Part shown: one piece after another, positions 1 to 8,928 of the stretch | Position numbering within the stretch: the stretch's first letter is position 1 | Layout of the letters: every line of letters begins with the position of its first letter | Assembly (NCBI RefSeq): GCF_041397485.1 | Contig: NZ_JAWKWO010000004.1 | Coordinates: forward strand, 3,042 to 67,041 | DNA length: 64,000 bases | Reading direction: 5' to 3' | DNA from: Zhengella sp. | GTDB taxonomy: Bacteria > Pseudomonadota > Alphaproteobacteria > Rhizobiales > Rhizobiaceae | Position numbers and translations under genes: made by a program | The notes under the pieces: model-generated | Databases searched by the model: none | Told to the model about the DNA's origin: nothing | The model's input: only the letters and a program-made list of their open reading frames with translations

Positions 1-1
1 C

Positions 2-130
2 CGCGAAGCGCACTTTGCCGGACAAGTCGCCGGACTCCTGAATGAAAAGGCTTCAGAATTGGTCTCAGGCGGATGGGACGACGGTGTGGTGGCAAACGTT
101 CACAATTTCGACATCCTCGCTACCAAGTAA
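2..130 (+). CDS. 3' end of an unidentified CDS entering from the left edge (...GGWDDGVVANVHNFDILATK*)
   Basis: Frame is open from the window edge to TAA at 128-130. No recognisable motif in the 42 codons, so only frame continuity supports it. Confidence 0.25.
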   Translation, partial: REAHFAGQVAGLLNEKASELVSGGWDDGVVANVHNFDILATK

Positions 131-676
131 TCTCGAGGTGACTTGAGAAAGAAGTGCCCGGTGAAACCCATCGGGCGCTTTGCTGTTTGAATTTAGATTC
201 ACGCCAAAGCGGCCATTCGAGTAACCGCAGCGAAAGCCGCTCCGTCCGCTCTGCAGACCTTCATGTCATCCAAGCCGAACTTCCGCCCTCCTCCCTATCA
301 GGACGTTGCTGCCGAGCGAGGCCAAGGGCTGCTTACGGGAGCTTGGTTCCAAATGGGGAACGACCGGAATGGGGGCGCGAAGCGGAAGTTCGTTGTCACC
401 CCGCCAAACGGCGGTTTCTGGCTTTCAGCAACTCGCAGGCCGCAAATTCGAAAGATCTTCCCCGAACGGCTGTCAGGCGCTTCATTCTCTCCCCGACAAG
501 GGCCAGCTTCTTACACTTTCACGTCTTCGCGACTGGACTTCTGCACACACGCGAGCATTGCTGTCGGTGCGGCGTTCCGCGGTCGATTGACCGTGGCGCC
601 CCCTCCCTGCCCGGTCACGGGCTTTCGTCGGTACGGGCACCGGATGGTCCGGTGTCGGAAGCGAAGGAGAAAGCCC

Positions 677-1072
677 ATGGCAAGGATTGCGAGAAAGACC
701 CAGGTCGCCGACGAGAATGCTGCTGAAGGACTGTCCGAACGCCCTGTCTCGGTTATGAAGGCGCCTGGCCGTGTCTCGGCGCCGCGGCAAAGGCGGGTTC
801 AGGGCCGATCCACGGGGTCGCCGAAGCCGTCTTCGAATGCGCCGTCACCAAAACCCGAACGTCTGGCGACCAAGACCGACCAGGTGCTTCAAGCCCTGCG
901 CAGCCGCAAGGGCGCGTCGATTGAAGATCTCATGAAGCTCACCGGATGGCAGCCCCATTCCGTCCGCGGGTTCCTGTCAGGCACCGTCAGGAAGAAGCAT
1001 GGTCTGGACTTGGTAAAGCAGACGGACAAGGCTGGGGTTGCCCGCTATTCGATTTCATCGGAGCCCGTGTGA
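677..1072 (+). CDS. DUF3489 domain protein
   Basis: ATG at 677 is preceded by GGAGA (666-670). The C-terminal block KTDQVLQALRSRKGASIEDLMKLTGWQPHSVRGFLSG matches the DUF3489 pattern as I know it. The upstream part of ORF 263-1072 looks non-coding. Confidence 0.7.
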   Translation: MARIARKTQVADENAAEGLSERPVSVMKAPGRVSAPRQRRVQGRSTGSPKPSSNAPSPKPERLATKTDQVLQALRSRKGASIEDLMKLTGWQPHSVRGFLSGTVRKKHGLDLVKQTDKAGVARYSISSEPV

Positions 1073-1076
1073 TCCG

Positions 1077-1589
1077 ATGGCCAGGTCAGACAGGATCGAG
1101 AAGGAGGTGGCTGGGATCAGCCGCCTCCAGCGCGATGAGCTGGTCGCACTCTGGATCACCGCTCATGGCCACCCACCACCCAGGGGCGTGAAGCGGGGCT
1201 TGCTGGAACGCTCCGCCGCCTGGCACCTGCAGTCCCGTCGCCTCGGCAGCCATTCGAAAGCCGTGCGCCGGTTTCTGAGACAGGGCATCGCTTCCCTTGC
1301 CACGACTGATGAGGCGGTGTTGAAGGACACGGACAGCGGTGTGTCCGGGAGCGCGAAACCGGCTGCCTCGGATCCAGTCGCACGCCCTGCCCCGCCGCCT
1401 GCCTTGCCGGCGCTGGCCTCCGGCACCCGGCTCGTCCGCACATGGAACGGACGTCCCCATGTCATCGATGTGGTCGAAGACGGCTTTGTCTTTGAAGGCA
1501 AGACCTTCCGATCGCTCAGCGCCATCGCCCGGCGCATTACGGGCACAAGGTGGTCAGGGCCGCGCTTCTTCGGGATTGCAGGCCGATGA
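1077..1589 (+). CDS. DUF2924 domain protein
   Basis: ATG at 1077 lies 4 nt after the previous stop. Motifs RDELVALW...GLLERSAAWHLQ and GTRLVRTWNGRPHVIDVVEDGFVFEGKTFRSLSAIARRITGTRWSGPRFFG are present. Its stop overlaps the recombinase start (ATGA at 1586-1589). Confidence 0.75.
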   Translation: MARSDRIEKEVAGISRLQRDELVALWITAHGHPPPRGVKRGLLERSAAWHLQSRRLGSHSKAVRRFLRQGIASLATTDEAVLKDTDSGVSGSAKPAASDPVARPAPPPALPALASGTRLVRTWNGRPHVIDVVEDGFVFEGKTFRSLSAIARRITGTRWSGPRFFGIAGR

Positions 1590-3277
1590 GCGCCCGACAG
1601 CTCCGTTGCGCGGTCTATACCCGCAAGTCGACGGAGGAAGGCCTCGACCAGGACTTCAATTCCCTCGACGCCCAGTTCGAGGCCTGTGCTGCCTTCATTG
1701 CATCACAGGCAGGCCTGGGCTGGAAGGGTGTCCGCGAACGCTACGATGACGGTGGCATCTCCGGAGCCACGATGGAACGCCCTGCCCTGCGGCGCTTGCT
1801 GGACGATGTCCGTCAGGCCCGTGTCGATGTCATCGTCGTCTACAAGATTGACCGGCTCACCCGGTCGCTGGCTGACTTCGCCCGCATCGTCGAGACCCTC
1901 GATCAAGCTGGTGCCTCTTTTGTCTCCGTCACCCAGCAGTTCAACACGACGACCTCCATGGGCCGGCTGACACTGAACGTACTGCTCTCGTTTGCCCAGT
2001 TCGAACGGGAGGTCACAGCAGAGCGCATCCGCGACAAGATCGCGGCATCGAAGAAGAAGGGTATGTGGATGGGCGGGACCGTGCCCCTTGGCTACCGCGT
2101 CGAGAACCGGAAGCTCCAGGTGAACGAAGAGGAATGCGCGACCGTTCGCTATCTCTTCCATCGCTACCTGGAACTCAAGTCGGTCCGCCTGCTGGTCGAG
2201 GATGCACGATCCAGGGGGCTTCATGCGCGACCGGTCAAACGCCGAGATGGATCGGTGAAGGTCACGGCCCCCTTTGGCCGCGGCAATCTCTACCACCTGC
2301 TGTCCAACCCGATCTATGTCGGCAGGATCCGTCATCGGGACAAGGTCTATGATGGCGAACACCAGGCCATCATAGACAAGCCCCTGTTCGATCAGGTGCA
2401 GGCATCGCTTGCGGCGGGAGCAGGGGAACGGCGGTCGCCGACCAACCGCACCGATAGTCATCTGCTGACCGGTCTGATCTTTGATGAGGACGGCAATCGT
2501 ATCCGGACAGCTCATACAAACAGGAAGGGCGTGCGCTATCGCTACTATGTCTCGCAGCACCTGGTTGACCAGCGCCGCGATGGATCAGAAGGCTGGCGGC
2601 TTCCAGCAGACAGGCTTGATGCGACAGTTGAGCAATGCCTCGTTCAGTTCTTGCAAAACAGTCCGATGCTGTCAGAAGCGATTGAGCTGTTGGCGCCAAC
2701 CGGGATGGTCCATTCCGGCATCCTCAAAGCCGGAGAGCTGGCATCGACCTGGATCGAACAATCCCGCTCGAAGCGCAAGACACTGGTGCAAACGATCGTG
2801 CAGCGCGTCGACATCACACCGGGAGCGCTGCGCATCACGATTCATCCAACAGACCTGGTCGAGCTTCTGCTTGGCCGTCGTGTTGAACCCGTACCGGATC
2901 ACGGCCCCATCACACTTGAGCGTCCATTTACGCTGCGCCGTCGCGGTGTCGAAACACGCCTGGTGCTGACCGATGGCTCGGCCTCCAATCCGGAACCCGA
3001 TCCGGCACTGATCAATCTGGTTCTTCGCGCCCAGGCCTACCTGGCCGCACTCACCGATGGCGCCAGCCGATCCATGGCTGATATCGCCAGGGCCCATGGC
3101 ACGACACCATCAGAGATCAGCCGCATACTTCCCCTCGCCTTTCTGTCGCCAGGCATCACCGCTCAGATCGTCTCTGGCAAGCATCCAGCGGGCCTCACCG
3201 CCCAGCGCCTGTCCCGTCTTCCCGACCTGCCGCTTTCCTGGTCGGCCCAGGATGATTTGCTCACGCGGTTCGGCTGA
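1586..3277 (+). CDS. Large serine recombinase (resolvase/invertase N-domain plus recombinase domain)
   Basis: N-terminus is RCAVYTRKSTEEGLDQDFNSLDAQ with the catalytic Ser context, followed by VDVIVVYKIDRLTRSLADF and FAQFEREVTAERIRDKI. About 560 aa, as expected for large serine recombinases. Confidence 0.9.
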   Translation: MSARQLRCAVYTRKSTEEGLDQDFNSLDAQFEACAAFIASQAGLGWKGVRERYDDGGISGATMERPALRRLLDDVRQARVDVIVVYKIDRLTRSLADFARIVETLDQAGASFVSVTQQFNTTTSMGRLTLNVLLSFAQFEREVTAERIRDKIAASKKKGMWMGGTVPLGYRVENRKLQVNEEECATVRYLFHRYLELKSVRLLVEDARSRGLHARPVKRRDGSVKVTAPFGRGNLYHLLSNPIYVGRIRHRDKVYDGEHQAIIDKPLFDQVQASLAAGAGERRSPTNRTDSHLLTGLIFDEDGNRIRTAHTNRKGVRYRYYVSQHLVDQRRDGSEGWRLPADRLDATVEQCLVQFLQNSPMLSEAIELLAPTGMVHSGILKAGELASTWIEQSRSKRKTLVQTIVQRVDITPGALRITIHPTDLVELLLGRRVEPVPDHGPITLERPFTLRRRGVETRLVLTDGSASNPEPDPALINLVLRAQAYLAALTDGASRSMADIARAHGTTPSEISRILPLAFLSPGITAQIVSGKHPAGLTAQRLSRLPDLPLSWSAQDDLLTRFG

Positions 3278-3508
3278 GAAAAATCCTCTTCCCTCACACG
3301 TCCCGAACAGTTCTGATCGAATCGTCGATCGCGCCCGCAAACACTTGGGCACGAAACAGGCCCGACAGAGACTTTGGGAGAAATGCCACCGGAAACCGGC
3401 TTCGTCGTCGTCTCTCCGCCAGGTGTTTGCCGACACCACCCGCCAACCCACGGAAAACACGACATGATTCCGAGACCGACCAAAAGAGCGCGAAAACGGA
3501 AGACTGAG

Positions 3509-3585
3509 TGGTGGGCCCGGAGGGACTCGAACCCCCAACCAAGCGGTTATGAGCCGCCGGCTCTGACCAATTGAGCTACAGGCCC
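3509..3585 (-). tRNA. tRNA with anticodon CAT (elongator Met, or Ile2 if lysidine-modified), CCA encoded
   Basis: Hand-folded cloverleaf from GGGCCTG-TA-GCTC AATTGGTCA GAGC-C-GGCGG CTCATAA CCGCT-TGGTT-GGGGG TTCGAGT CCCTC-CGGGCCC-A-CCA. The acceptor stem pairs 7/7 with one G-U. Confidence 0.9.
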
Positions 3586-3695
3586 GCCGAACCGCTGATT
3601 AGTGTCTTTTTCCGCCCGGCACAAGCCGCTTGCGCCGCATTCGCGCTACAATTGGCTGGTGCAACCATGTCCGACATGCCGCCAAGGAGGATTCC

Positions 3696-4424
3696 ATGCC
3701 ACTGCCTGCTTCCCGCCGCCTCGCCCTTGCCCTCGCTGCCGGGCTTTTCCTTGCCGCGCCCGCTTCGGCCATGGCAGACGAACCCGTACCCCGCATCGCC
3801 GTGACCGGCCAGGGCGAGGTCTCGCTCGCACCGGACATGGCCACCGTCTCCATGACCGTCCTGCGCGAGGCCGATACGGCGCGCGCCGCGCTGGACGCCA
3901 ACAACGAGGCCATGGCCGCGGTCATCGAAGCGATGCGCGAAGAGGGAATAGAGGACCGCGACCTGCAAACCTCCGGCTTTTCCATCCAGCCGCGCTATGT
4001 TCTTCCGCGCGCATCCGGAAATGGAGACAGCCCGAAAATCATCGGCTACCAGGTTTCCAACACGCTCACCGTGCGCATTCGCGCCATGGCCCGCCTTGGC
4101 GCCATCCTCGACAAGTCGGTCTCGCTGGGCGTCAACCAGGGTGGCTCGGTGAGCTTTTCCAATGCCGACCCGCAGGCCGCCTTGACCGAGGCAAGGCGCA
4201 AGGCCGTCGAGAATGCCATTGAAAAGGCCCGGACCCTGGCCGACGCCGCGGGCGTTTCCGTCGGCGCGATCCTGGAGATGTCGGAATTGGCCAGCCGCCC
4301 TTACCCGCGCCCCCTGATGGCCGCCATGGCCATGCGGTCGGAGGCGGCCGATGCCGTGCCGCTCGCCGGCGGCGAGAACACCTACACGGTCGATGTCAAC
4401 GTCACCTTCGCCATCGGCAAATAG
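3696..4424 (+). CDS. bp26: SIMPL/DUF541 periplasmic protein (BP26/Omp28-like)
   Basis: AGGAGG sits 7 nt upstream of ATG 3696. Signal peptide is MPLPASRRLALALAAGLFLAAPASA. IAVTGQGEVSLAPDMATVSMTV and the C-terminal YTVDVNVTFAI are typical of the family. Confidence 0.8.
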   Translation: MPLPASRRLALALAAGLFLAAPASAMADEPVPRIAVTGQGEVSLAPDMATVSMTVLREADTARAALDANNEAMAAVIEAMREEGIEDRDLQTSGFSIQPRYVLPRASGNGDSPKIIGYQVSNTLTVRIRAMARLGAILDKSVSLGVNQGGSVSFSNADPQAALTEARRKAVENAIEKARTLADAAGVSVGAILEMSELASRPYPRPLMAAMAMRSEAADAVPLAGGENTYTVDVNVTFAIGK

Positions 4425-4434
4425 GCGCGTCAAC

Positions 4435-4468
4435 GGAAAACGCCGGGGCGTCAACCCCGGCGCTTTCG
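4435..4468. terminator. Bidirectional intrinsic terminator between convergent genes
   Basis: The stem CGCCGGGG / CCCCGGCG has a 6-nt loop. It is flanked by GGAAAA on the left and CTTTCG on the right. Confidence 0.6.
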
Positions 4469-4485
4469 AAAATGGCCTGCCGCGC

Positions 4486-4842
4486 TCAGCGAATGCGCGG
4501 GCAATGGCGGGTGTTTGCGAAGACCAGTGTGCGGTGATGGCCCCACATGCGGCCGGACACGGCGACCACGCGGCGGTTGGCGAAGCGCACATGGGCGCGG
4601 TGCAGGCCGATGCGGCGGGCCTTGCGCACGGCACGGTGCGGGCTGCAGAAGCTGCGGCGTCCGCCCTTGTGCCATCCGCCGTGATGACGGCCATGGCCGA
4701 AACGGACCTCGACATGGCCATGCTTGCCGCCGAAGGAAAGCGACGCAGCTTCGGCAGATGTCGTCGTGACAGCCGATGCGCCGGCAATGGCGCCGAGGCC
4801 GAGCATGGTCGAAAGGGCGATGGTGCGAACGGTCTTGAACAT
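4486..4842 (-). CDS. Small secreted His/Gly/Arg-rich protein, function unknown
   Basis: GGAGAA RBS is present. Signal peptide is MFKTVRTIALSTMLGLGAIAGASA. The mature part includes GHGRHHGGWHKGGRR and two Cys. Confidence 0.6.
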   Translation of the reverse strand: MFKTVRTIALSTMLGLGAIAGASAVTTTSAEAASLSFGGKHGHVEVRFGHGRHHGGWHKGGRRSFCSPHRAVRKARRIGLHRAHVRFANRRVVAVSGRMWGHHRTLVFANTRHCPRIR

Positions 4843-5004
4843 GGGTTTTCTCCGGGTTTGTCAGGGCTCTTCGGGGCTCCAAGCCCGGTTCCTTCCGGGC
4901 ATGATCGAAGACTAGAAGAGACGGCCTGAACCCGTTCCGAACCTGCCATTCATGTTTCGTTCATATCGTCAACAGCCCCTCCGCGCAGCACGGAAAAGGC
5001 AGGG

Positions 5005-5595
5005 TCAAGAAAGCGTTTTCTGCCAATATTCCATTGGCTTGGCTGTTTGCGCCGGTTCGCCGGTATCGCGCCAGGAAAAATGCGTGGTGAGCCCCTCGAT
5101 GCGCGCGTAGCCGCGTTTTTTCCAGAAGGCGTCCAGCGGCATGTAATCGGCAGGCCGCATCGGATGGCCGGCCGGGCGCACCACGGCGGAAAAGACGCAA
5201 GCCCCGAAACCCTGCGCGCGCGCCGCCTTTTCGCGCTCATCGAAGAAACGCACGCCGATGCCACGGCCGCGATAGTCCGGCATCAGCACCGACTCGCCGA
5301 AATAGAAATAGCGCTCCGGCGAAAGGCCCGCTTTGGCAAAGGGTTCGGCGAATTCGCTGAAATGATCGGCCAGCGGCGAAGCGGTCGCCGCACCAACCAG
5401 CCTGCCGCCATCGAAAGCACCGATGACCACGGCGCCCGGCGATTTAAGGTATGTCTGCAAATAGCGGCGTTCATAGGCGGGATCGCCGTCATAGAGATAG
5501 GGAAAGGCGCGGAAGACGGTGATGCGCAACCGCGCCAGCTCGTCGAGCGCCCGCTCCACCTCATCTGCCGCCAGTCGGCGCACCTCAACGGTCAT
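5005..5595 (-). CDS. GNAT-family N-acetyltransferase
   Basis: LMPDYRGRGIGVRFFDEREKAARAQGF fits the acetyl-CoA binding motif (R/Q-x-x-G-x-G/A). 196 aa. Confidence 0.75.
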   Translation of the reverse strand: MTVEVRRLAADEVERALDELARLRITVFRAFPYLYDGDPAYERRYLQTYLKSPGAVVIGAFDGGRLVGAATASPLADHFSEFAEPFAKAGLSPERYFYFGESVLMPDYRGRGIGVRFFDEREKAARAQGFGACVFSAVVRPAGHPMRPADYMPLDAFWKKRGYARIEGLTTHFSWRDTGEPAQTAKPMEYWQKTLS

Positions 5596-6001
5596 CGGAA
5601 ACCTGGGCGATCCAGTCAGCGAGATTGTAATGGGTCGTCACCCGGCTGATCAATCCGTCGTCCACCTCGAACAGGATGGCCGCCGGCAGCGAATAGGTCT
5701 GCCCGTTGGCCGGCGGCAGCCCGTCCGCAGTGGCCAGATAGGTGCCGCGCACGGTGAATTCGGCCGCCGCCCGGCTGCCGCTTTCATTGACCATGATCTC
5801 GATGTCGCCCAGCGTCTCCTCGTAGTGCCGGCTCATCATCGCGTTGAACCAGCGGAATTTCTCCTTGCCGATCTCGCGCCCGCCCTGGTTGATGTCATGC
5901 GCCACGTCCTCGGCGAGCAGCGCCAGCATGGCCTCGTGGTCGGAGGCGTTGAATGCCTCCAGGTAGCGCCGGACAAGCACGCGGGTTTCGTCTGCGGTCA
6001 T
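5585..6001 (-). CDS. SnoaL-like / NTF2-fold (ketosteroid isomerase-like) protein
   Basis: N-terminus is VRRYLEAFNASDHEAMLALLAEDVAHD and the protein is about 138 aa. It overlaps the GNAT start by 11 nt. Confidence 0.6.
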   Translation of the reverse strand: MTADETRVLVRRYLEAFNASDHEAMLALLAEDVAHDINQGGREIGKEKFRWFNAMMSRHYEETLGDIEIMVNESGSRAAAEFTVRGTYLATADGLPPANGQTYSLPAAILFEVDDGLISRVTTHYNLADWIAQVSDDR

Positions 6002-6090
6002 CTCGTTTTCCTTTCCCGGTCAATCGGCGGTCTGACAATGCCGCAGCCCGCCATCCGGTTCAATTGCCCGCGCACGGCATCGAATCGCGC

Positions 6091-6540
6091 TCAGGGTTCG
6101 TCATCCAGCATGTGGGCGAGATAGGCTTCCGCATCGTCCAGATCCTGCTCATGCGCGCTCACCCGCCCGCGCACCGAAATGCCGGCCTGATGCACCGTCT
6201 CGCGCGAGCCGGAAACCAGCGGATGCCACCAGCGCAGGTCCTCGCCTGCGGCGATCAATCGGTAGGCGCAGGTAGAGGGAAGCCAGGCGATGGTGCGCAC
6301 ATTGTCCGGCGTCAATTGCACGCAATCGGACACCAGCGCGGCACGGTTGGCATAGTCGGTGCAGCGGCAGGCGCCGGCATCGAACAGGCGGCACCCCACC
6401 GAGGTCCAGTAGATCTCGCCGGTATCTTCGTCCTCCAGCTTGGCAAGGCAGCACTTGCCGCAGCCGTCGCAGAGGCTTTCCCACTCCGCACGGCTCATCG
6501 CCTCCAGTTGCTTTGTCTTCCAGAACGGTTCGTCATTCAT
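6091..6540 (-). CDS. ycgN: YcgN/UPF0260 cysteine-cluster protein
   Basis: Contains [27 protein letters not shown]...VGCRLFD...CRCTDY, and WLPSTCAYR...DLRWWHPL. Confidence 0.8.
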   Translation of the reverse strand: MNDEPFWKTKQLEAMSRAEWESLCDGCGKCCLAKLEDEDTGEIYWTSVGCRLFDAGACRCTDYANRAALVSDCVQLTPDNVRTIAWLPSTCAYRLIAAGEDLRWWHPLVSGSRETVHQAGISVRGRVSAHEQDLDDAEAYLAHMLDDEP

Positions 6541-6698
6541 GGCGCGTGTGTGGAAGCACTGTTGGACTTCGTCAAGGCGGGACAGGCTCGAAGATGAAAC
6601 TTTCGTCGCCTTGCCCGATCATCTGACTCCGATCAAGGTCGCGCCGGTTTCTCCATGACAGTGTGCGCAAAAGGCTGAGGGGCCGGGAGGGGAAGGCA

Positions 6699-8828
6699 AT
6701 GAAACACGTCACGGGCGCAACGCCCCTGTCCATGCTCAACGCGGTGGCGCTGGACACCGAAACGACGGGGCTGGACCCCAAGAAGGCCCGTATCGTGCAG
6801 ATCGGCGCCGTTCGCATTTCCAACGGCAAGGTCACCCCGTCCGACTGCATGGAAAAACTCGTTGACCCCGGGGAGCCGATTCCCGCGCAATCCACGGCGT
6901 TTCACGGCATCACGAACGCCATGGTGCGTCTGGCGCGTCCCTTTCCCGAGGTCTGGCGCGATACGCAGGATTTCATCGGCGCGCGCCTTGTCGTCGGCTA
7001 CGCCATCGGCTTCGACCTGGCGGTTCTGGAACGTGAATGCGTGCGATCCGGGCAGCGCTGGGTCAGGCCGCGCACGCTGTGCATCCGTCTTCTGGCGCAA
7101 TTGGCCAACCCGTCGCTGCCGGACTATTCGCTGGATATCATCGCCGCATGGCTGGATGTGAGCATTGTCGGCCGCCACACGGCGCTGGGCGATGCCGAGG
7201 CAACGGCGGAAATCTTCATCGCCCTGGTGCCGAAACTGGAAGCGGTGGGAATCAGGACCGTCGGCGAGGCCGAGCGCGCCACGCTGCGCCAGACCGGACA
7301 GGGCACGAACAGCGATGCAGCCCGCAAGGCCGGATGGGCGGCACCGGTCATCGACGGTGGCGAGATCGAACTCCAGCGCACGTTCAGCCAGTTCGACCCC
7401 TATGCCTACCAGCATCGGGTCGGCGACATGATGAGCAAGCCGCCGGTTGTCGTGGATGGCAGCCTGCCGCTGCGCGACCTCGTCACGCTGATGACCGACC
7501 GGCGCATCTCCTCCGTCTTCATTCATCCGCAGGCCGCCCAGGGCCGGCCTGTTCCCGAATATGGCATTGTCACCGAGCGTGACGTGATGCGCGAAATCGC
7601 CGCGCGCGGCGCGGAAGCCTTTGGCCGCACCGCCGGCGATCTCATCAAGGGGCCGCTGGCATCCATCCGCGAGGCCGCCTTCGCCTATCGCGCCATGAGT
7701 CGCATGGACCGCCTGCGCTTCCGCCATCTGGCGGTGCGTGACAATGCGGGGCGGCTGACGGGCATCGTCTCGGCCCGCGACCTGCTGAAGCTGCGCGCCG
7801 GCGCCGCCATCAAGCTGGACGACGCCATCGAGACGGCCACATCCTCTGCGGAAATGGCCGCGGCTTGGGCCACATTGCCCTCTGTCGTGGGCCTGCTGGT
7901 CAAGGAGGGGCTCGATGCCCGCCTCATCGCCGAGATCACCAGCGAGGAATTGCGCTCGCTGACCCGCCGTGCCGCCCAGCTTGCCGAGCGGGAAATGCAG
8001 GAAGAGGGCAAGGGCGGGCCGCCCTGCCCCTATGCCGTTCTCGTCCTCGGCTCTGGCGGACGTGGCGAAAGCCTGCTGGCCGCCGACCAGGACAATGCCA
8101 TCGTCTATGCCGAGGGCGCACCGGACGGGCCGGAAGACCAATGGTTTGCCGCCATGGCCGAAAAGATGACGATGACCCTGCATGCCGCCGGCGTGCCGCT
8201 TTGCAAGGGCAATGTCATGGCAACCAATCCGGAATTCCGCGGCTCGCTGGAGACATGGAAGAAGCGGATCGACGGCTGGACCGGACGCACCACGCCGCAG
8301 GACCTGCTCAATGTCGACATTTTCTTTGATCTCCTGCCGGTCCATGGCGATCTGGCGCTTGGCCATGCCCTTTTCGACCATGCCTGGAGCAAGGGCGGCC
8401 CGAAGGCGGTCTTGCCGCGCCACATGGCGGCCAACATTGCCGAGCCGCCCGGCGCCTTCACCCTGTTCGGCGGATTGCGCACCGAGAATGGCCGCCTCGA
8501 TCTCAAGGCCTACGGCCTGTTCGCCGTTGTGGCGGCAGCCCGCGTCATGGCGCTGGCCCACGACATCCCCGTCCATTCCACGCGCGCCCGGATCGAAGGG
8601 CTCATCTCGCGCGAGATCGGCAATGCCGGAGACCTGAAATCGGTCCTGTCGGCCCACGCGGTCCTGCTCAATCTCATGCTGCACCAGCAGAGCCGCGATC
8701 TCGATGCCGGCCTGAAGCCCACCAACGCGGTCAACGTGAACATGCTGGATGCCAACCAGAAGGAAGCGCTCAAGACGGCGCTCAAGCAGGTGGCGTCGGT
8801 GCCCTCCATGGCGCGGGGGCTGATGTAG
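6699..8828 (+). CDS. Fusion protein: DEDDh 3'-5' exonuclease + CBS pair + DUF294 (GlnD-like) nucleotidyltransferase + DUF294_C
   Basis: Exonuclease motifs are ALDTETTG, VGYAIGFDLAVL and HTALGDAEATAEIF. Two CBS-like blocks are present (VGDMMSKPP..., ...LTGIVSARDLL). The NTase motif is LVLGSGGRGESLLAADQDNAIVY. Confidence 0.8.
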   Translation: MKHVTGATPLSMLNAVALDTETTGLDPKKARIVQIGAVRISNGKVTPSDCMEKLVDPGEPIPAQSTAFHGITNAMVRLARPFPEVWRDTQDFIGARLVVGYAIGFDLAVLERECVRSGQRWVRPRTLCIRLLAQLANPSLPDYSLDIIAAWLDVSIVGRHTALGDAEATAEIFIALVPKLEAVGIRTVGEAERATLRQTGQGTNSDAARKAGWAAPVIDGGEIELQRTFSQFDPYAYQHRVGDMMSKPPVVVDGSLPLRDLVTLMTDRRISSVFIHPQAAQGRPVPEYGIVTERDVMREIAARGAEAFGRTAGDLIKGPLASIREAAFAYRAMSRMDRLRFRHLAVRDNAGRLTGIVSARDLLKLRAGAAIKLDDAIETATSSAEMAAAWATLPSVVGLLVKEGLDARLIAEITSEELRSLTRRAAQLAEREMQEEGKGGPPCPYAVLVLGSGGRGESLLAADQDNAIVYAEGAPDGPEDQWFAAMAEKMTMTLHAAGVPLCKGNVMATNPEFRGSLETWKKRIDGWTGRTTPQDLLNVDIFFDLLPVHGDLALGHALFDHAWSKGGPKAVLPRHMAANIAEPPGAFTLFGGLRTENGRLDLKAYGLFAVVAAARVMALAHDIPVHSTRARIEGLISREIGNAGDLKSVLSAHAVLLNLMLHQQSRDLDAGLKPTNAVNVNMLDANQKEALKTALKQVASVPSMARGLM

Positions 8829-8928
8829 CCAAAGGCCATCTTCCCGCCATACATCGGCAGTTTGCGGAACAGATGCCCGTGCAATGGATTTCCTTGTCGA
8901 AGGGACCGAACCCGCGAAAGGAAATTGC

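Larger units (their letters stand above)
1..3508. mobile_element. Putative terminal segment of an integrated element; its body would lie left of the window
   Basis: DUF3489, DUF2924 and large serine recombinase genes are co-oriented and tightly coupled. They end 231 bp from the 3' (CCA) end of a tRNA gene. No att repeat can be searched for inside this window. Confidence 0.45.

Noticed and set aside
3509-3585. Initiator tRNA-fMet
   Set aside because: Position 1:72 is a Watson-Crick G-C pair. The anticodon stem lacks the three consecutive G-C pairs characteristic of bacterial initiators.
3576-4949. 457-codon minus-strand ORF
   Set aside because: It runs antisense through the bp26-like gene and overlaps the small secreted-protein gene in another frame. 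Composition is Ala/Arg/Gly-rich and no motif is present.
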